The translations under genes and the position numbers were made by a program. 64,000 nt of DNA, taken from positions 32,001-96,000 of the forward strand of contig JBBQUR010000005.1 of assembly GCA_038212275.1 (NCBI GenBank), read 5' to 3'. The DNA is from Planctomycetota bacterium. Its GTDB lineage: Bacteria > Planctomycetota > B15-G4. Positions 61,503-64,000 of the stretch are shown piece by piece; within the stretch, counting starts at the first letter, position 1, and the number at the start of each line of letters is the position of its first letter. Under the pieces are notes generated by a model. That model saw only the letters and a program-made list of their open reading frames with translations. It had not been told where the DNA came from and ran no database searches.

Positions 61503-62228
61503 TTACCGCAGGCTTGTCGCTCCGAGTTCCTTCAGGCGGGCGTGTGCCTCTCCAGCGGGCGTGGGCGGGCGGTTGTTGCGCGCATCCATGGAGTGCGCGA
61601 CGAACACGTCGAGCCAGGCGTCGAGTGCCTGCGCGGCGAGCTCCTCGCCGGCCAGGTGCAGGCACAGCGCGGCCACCTCCGCCGTGCACAGGTGTTCGGC
61701 GCGTTTCGCGCGGCGGAGCCGGTAGCGCGAGACGTGCTCCGGCTGGAGGCCGAGCACCGGCAGGCCGTCGAGGTACGGGCTCTTGCGGAACATCCAGCGC
61801 GCCTGCGGCCAGGTCGCGTCGAGAAGCACGAAGAGCGGGCGCCGGCCGTCGGCAGGCGCCACGCGGTCGACGCGGCGCTCGGGTGCCGCATACTCGGCGG
61901 GGAACACGACGAAGGGTTGCCATTGCGGATCGGCAAGCAGCACCGGCAGCCGGCTGTCCACTTCGGTGCGCGCCCAGGAGAAGGCCTGCGTGTCGGCCAC
62001 CAGGTCGGCGATCAACCAGCCGGTGTTCGTGGGCTTGAGCGGCTCGGTGTCGTGCATGAGCAGGCAGACGCCGGCGCGCGTCGGCACGCTGGGGCGCCAG
62101 GCGCACACGCAATGCGTGAGCTGCACGCGACAGTCGGGGCAGCGTTCGCAGCGGGCGCCGCGCGCGTACATCACCTTGGTGCTGCGCGCCAGCCGCTCGG
62201 CGCGCAGGCGGGACACGGCATGGGTCAT
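61503..62228 (-). CDS. DTW-domain tRNA-uridine aminocarboxypropyltransferase (YfiP/TapT-like)
   Basis: CPDC...CVC zinc site, KPTNTG, LLDATW, YRLR, LCTAEV. Confidence 0.88.
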   Translation of the reverse strand: MTHAVSRLRAERLARSTKVMYARGARCERCPDCRVQLTHCVCAWRPSVPTRAGVCLLMHDTEPLKPTNTGWLIADLVADTQAFSWARTEVDSRLPVLLADPQWQPFVVFPAEYAAPERRVDRVAPADGRRPLFVLLDATWPQARWMFRKSPYLDGLPVLGLQPEHVSRYRLRRAKRAEHLCTAEVAALCLHLAGEELAAQALDAWLDVFVAHSMDARNNRPPTPAGEAHARLKELGATSLR

Positions 62229-63049
62229 GCCGGAACCGCGGCATCGGACGCGGCGCGTTCCGCAGCGGCGGCCGGCGACGCGGAGAGCTGCGAGAGGACC
62301 GCGTCCCACAACTGCAGGCGCGACTGCAACGCGGTGCGCGCGGCGCGCTCGGCGACGGCCCACGCGGACGCGTCGTCGCCGCAGAGTCGCGCCATGAGCG
62401 CGTGCGCTGCGGGGCGGTGGTTCTCGCCGTCGCGCTCGATGTGCCGTTCGAGGTAGTAGCGGAAGCGGCCCCATGCGGCGGGGGAGTGCTGCGCAAGCGA
62501 GCCGACGAGCTTTCCGAACATCTCGGGGATCACGTCTTCGCGCCCCCAGGTGAAGGTGGCGGCCAGCTCGATCAGGCCGGCATGGCGCGCCACGCGCAGC
62601 GACTCGCCCGTGAACGCCGCGACGCCCGGCGGCAGGTTGCGCCGCGCCAGGGCGCGGTCGAGTGCGGTCTCTTCCGCCGCGGCGAGTCGGAGCTCCGCGA
62701 GGAATCCGTCGATCGGCGCGGTGTCGGCGCCCGCGTCGGCCATCGCCAGTCGGTACAGCTCGAAGTGCGAGAGGTGGCCGCCGTCGGGAGCGAGATCGCT
62801 TTCCTCGTCAAGCACGATCTCGTTGATGAGGCGCCGCGCCGCAGGGTCCGGCGTCGGCAGCCACGGGACGTCCACGCAGGTGAGCTGACGCTGCAGCGCC
62901 TTGAGCAGGCACTGGAAGTCCCAGACGCAGAAGACGTGCGTCGACATGAGCACGCGCAGCGAGCGCTCGTCGCGCACGGCGGCATAGAGCGGGTGCGCGA
63001 GCAGCTGCGCCACGAGGCCGGACGTGTCCACGGTGCGGGGCGTCTTCAT
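62225..63049 (-). CDS. DUF3050 family (heme-oxygenase-like fold) protein
   Basis: HVFCVWDFQCLLKALQ, LINEIVLDEESD, SHFELY, GREDVIPEMF, YYLERHIERDGENH. Confidence 0.85.
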   Translation of the reverse strand: MKTPRTVDTSGLVAQLLAHPLYAAVRDERSLRVLMSTHVFCVWDFQCLLKALQRQLTCVDVPWLPTPDPAARRLINEIVLDEESDLAPDGGHLSHFELYRLAMADAGADTAPIDGFLAELRLAAAEETALDRALARRNLPPGVAAFTGESLRVARHAGLIELAATFTWGREDVIPEMFGKLVGSLAQHSPAAWGRFRYYLERHIERDGENHRPAAHALMARLCGDDASAWAVAERAARTALQSRLQLWDAVLSQLSASPAAAAERAASDAAVPA

Positions 63050-63117
63050 GAGCCGCGGATGCTAGCGCGATGGGCCGTGCATGCAAGAGCCGCTGCGCGA
63101 AGGGCCTCGGCCCACCG

Positions 63118-63999
63118 TCATCCGGAGAGCAGCGTCCAGATCGCGCCGGCGGCGGCGCACGTGCCCAGAACCTTCAGCATGCCGAGCTTCCAGCGGAATG
63201 TGGCCAGCAGCGCGAACGCGGAGAGGGCCAGAGCGGCAACGTCCAGTGTCGCGACGTCGGGCACGAAGAGGCGCATCGGGCCCAGCTGTCGCGTGTCCAC
63301 GACCGCGAACAAGACGTGCAGCGAGAACCAGACGGCGAGGTTGAGCACGACGCCGACAACCGCTGCGGTGATCGCGGAGAGCGCAGCCGAGAGCGCGCGT
63401 TGCCCGCGCAGCGCCTCGATCCACGGCGCGCCGAGGAAGATCCACAGAAAGCACGGGACGAATGTGACCCAGGTGGTGAGCAGGCCGCCCAGCGCGCCGG
63501 CGAGCATGGGCGGGAGGCTGCCCGGCGCGCGGAACGCCGCGAGGAATCCGACGAACTGCACCACCATGATGAGCGGCCCGGGCGTCGTCTCCGCAAGCCC
63601 GAGGCCCTGCAGCATTTCGCCAGGCGTCATCCAGTGGAAGCGCTCCACCGCCTGCTGTGCGACATAGGGGAGCACCGCGTAAGCGCCGCCGAAGGTCACG
63701 ACTGCCGCGCGGCTGAAGAAGGAGCCGATCTGCGAGTACACGTTGTCCGCACCGTGAATCCACGTGAGTGCGGCCACGGGACCGAGCCAGAGCAGCAGGC
63801 ACGTGGCGGACACGCGCAGCGCGCGCGCCACCGACGGCCGCGTGTGCTCCGGCACGTGGCTGTCCAGCCAGGCGCCGACCGAGGGGTGCGCGTTGCTGTC
63901 AGCCGCCGATGCGGGCGGCGGCGCCGGCAACGGAGCCTGTGCCGACGCCTGGCCATCCGGCGCGCGAAAGGCACGTGCAGCATGCGGCGCCGCGGGTGC
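63118..63999 (-). CDS. chrA: chromate efflux transporter (partial, 5' end beyond window)
   Basis: VVTFGGAYAVL, GLGLAETTPGPLI, TFVPCFLWIF, ITAAVVGVVLNL. Confidence 0.9.
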   Translation of the reverse strand, partial: APAAPHAARAFRAPDGQASAQAPLPAPPPASAADSNAHPSVGAWLDSHVPEHTRPSVARALRVSATCLLLWLGPVAALTWIHGADNVYSQIGSFFSRAAVVTFGGAYAVLPYVAQQAVERFHWMTPGEMLQGLGLAETTPGPLIMVVQFVGFLAAFRAPGSLPPMLAGALGGLLTTWVTFVPCFLWIFLGAPWIEALRGQRALSAALSAITAAVVGVVLNLAVWFSLHVLFAVVDTRQLGPMRLFVPDVATLDVAALALSAFALLATFRWKLGMLKVLGTCAAAGAIWTLLSG

Positions 64000-64000
64000 T

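Overview
A high-GC (roughly 70% by eye) bacterial chromosomal window, most likely Planctomycetota. This is an inference from the DWG-type membrane Ser/Thr kinases with TPRs, the FG-GAP/propeller secreted proteins and the giant exported protein. In order it carries: a partial FG-GAP protein; glgB (with a histone-H1-like N-terminal extension) and glgX; a membrane protein pair; a secreted VWA protein; a co-directional minus-strand block of two B12-dependent radical SAM enzymes, a propeller sensor kinase, a NarL-type regulator and a 57-aa peptide (candidate new RiPP system); tRNA-Asp(GTC); a BamE-like lipoprotein; a DeaD helicase; an intact IS630 element inserted at the stop codon of a nuclease-Schlafen-type helicase (DUF2075) gene; a remnant of an M2 (ACE-like) peptidase gene; two convergent paralogous Ser/Thr kinases enclosing a gene fragment, a nucleotidyltransferase pair and a pseudo-peptidase; then mostly housekeeping/envelope genes (AraC, propeller, YccA, aminopeptidase P, hydrolase, thioredoxin, LemA, DinB, phosphate porin, CYTH lipoprotein, rhomboid, flavoprotein, Dus, vanadium haloperoxidase, YkgJ, D-2-hydroxyacid dehydrogenase, a 2,095-aa macroglobulin-like protein, PAS hybrid kinase, DTW enzyme, DUF3050, partial chromate transporter). 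The best leads are the radical SAM/peptide cluster, a recurring ~100-aa C-terminal domain on unrelated secreted proteins (possible sorting signal), the H1-like GlgB tail, and a repeated TAnnnT-N6-start signature of leaderless mRNAs. All family calls come from motif recognition, not database searches.
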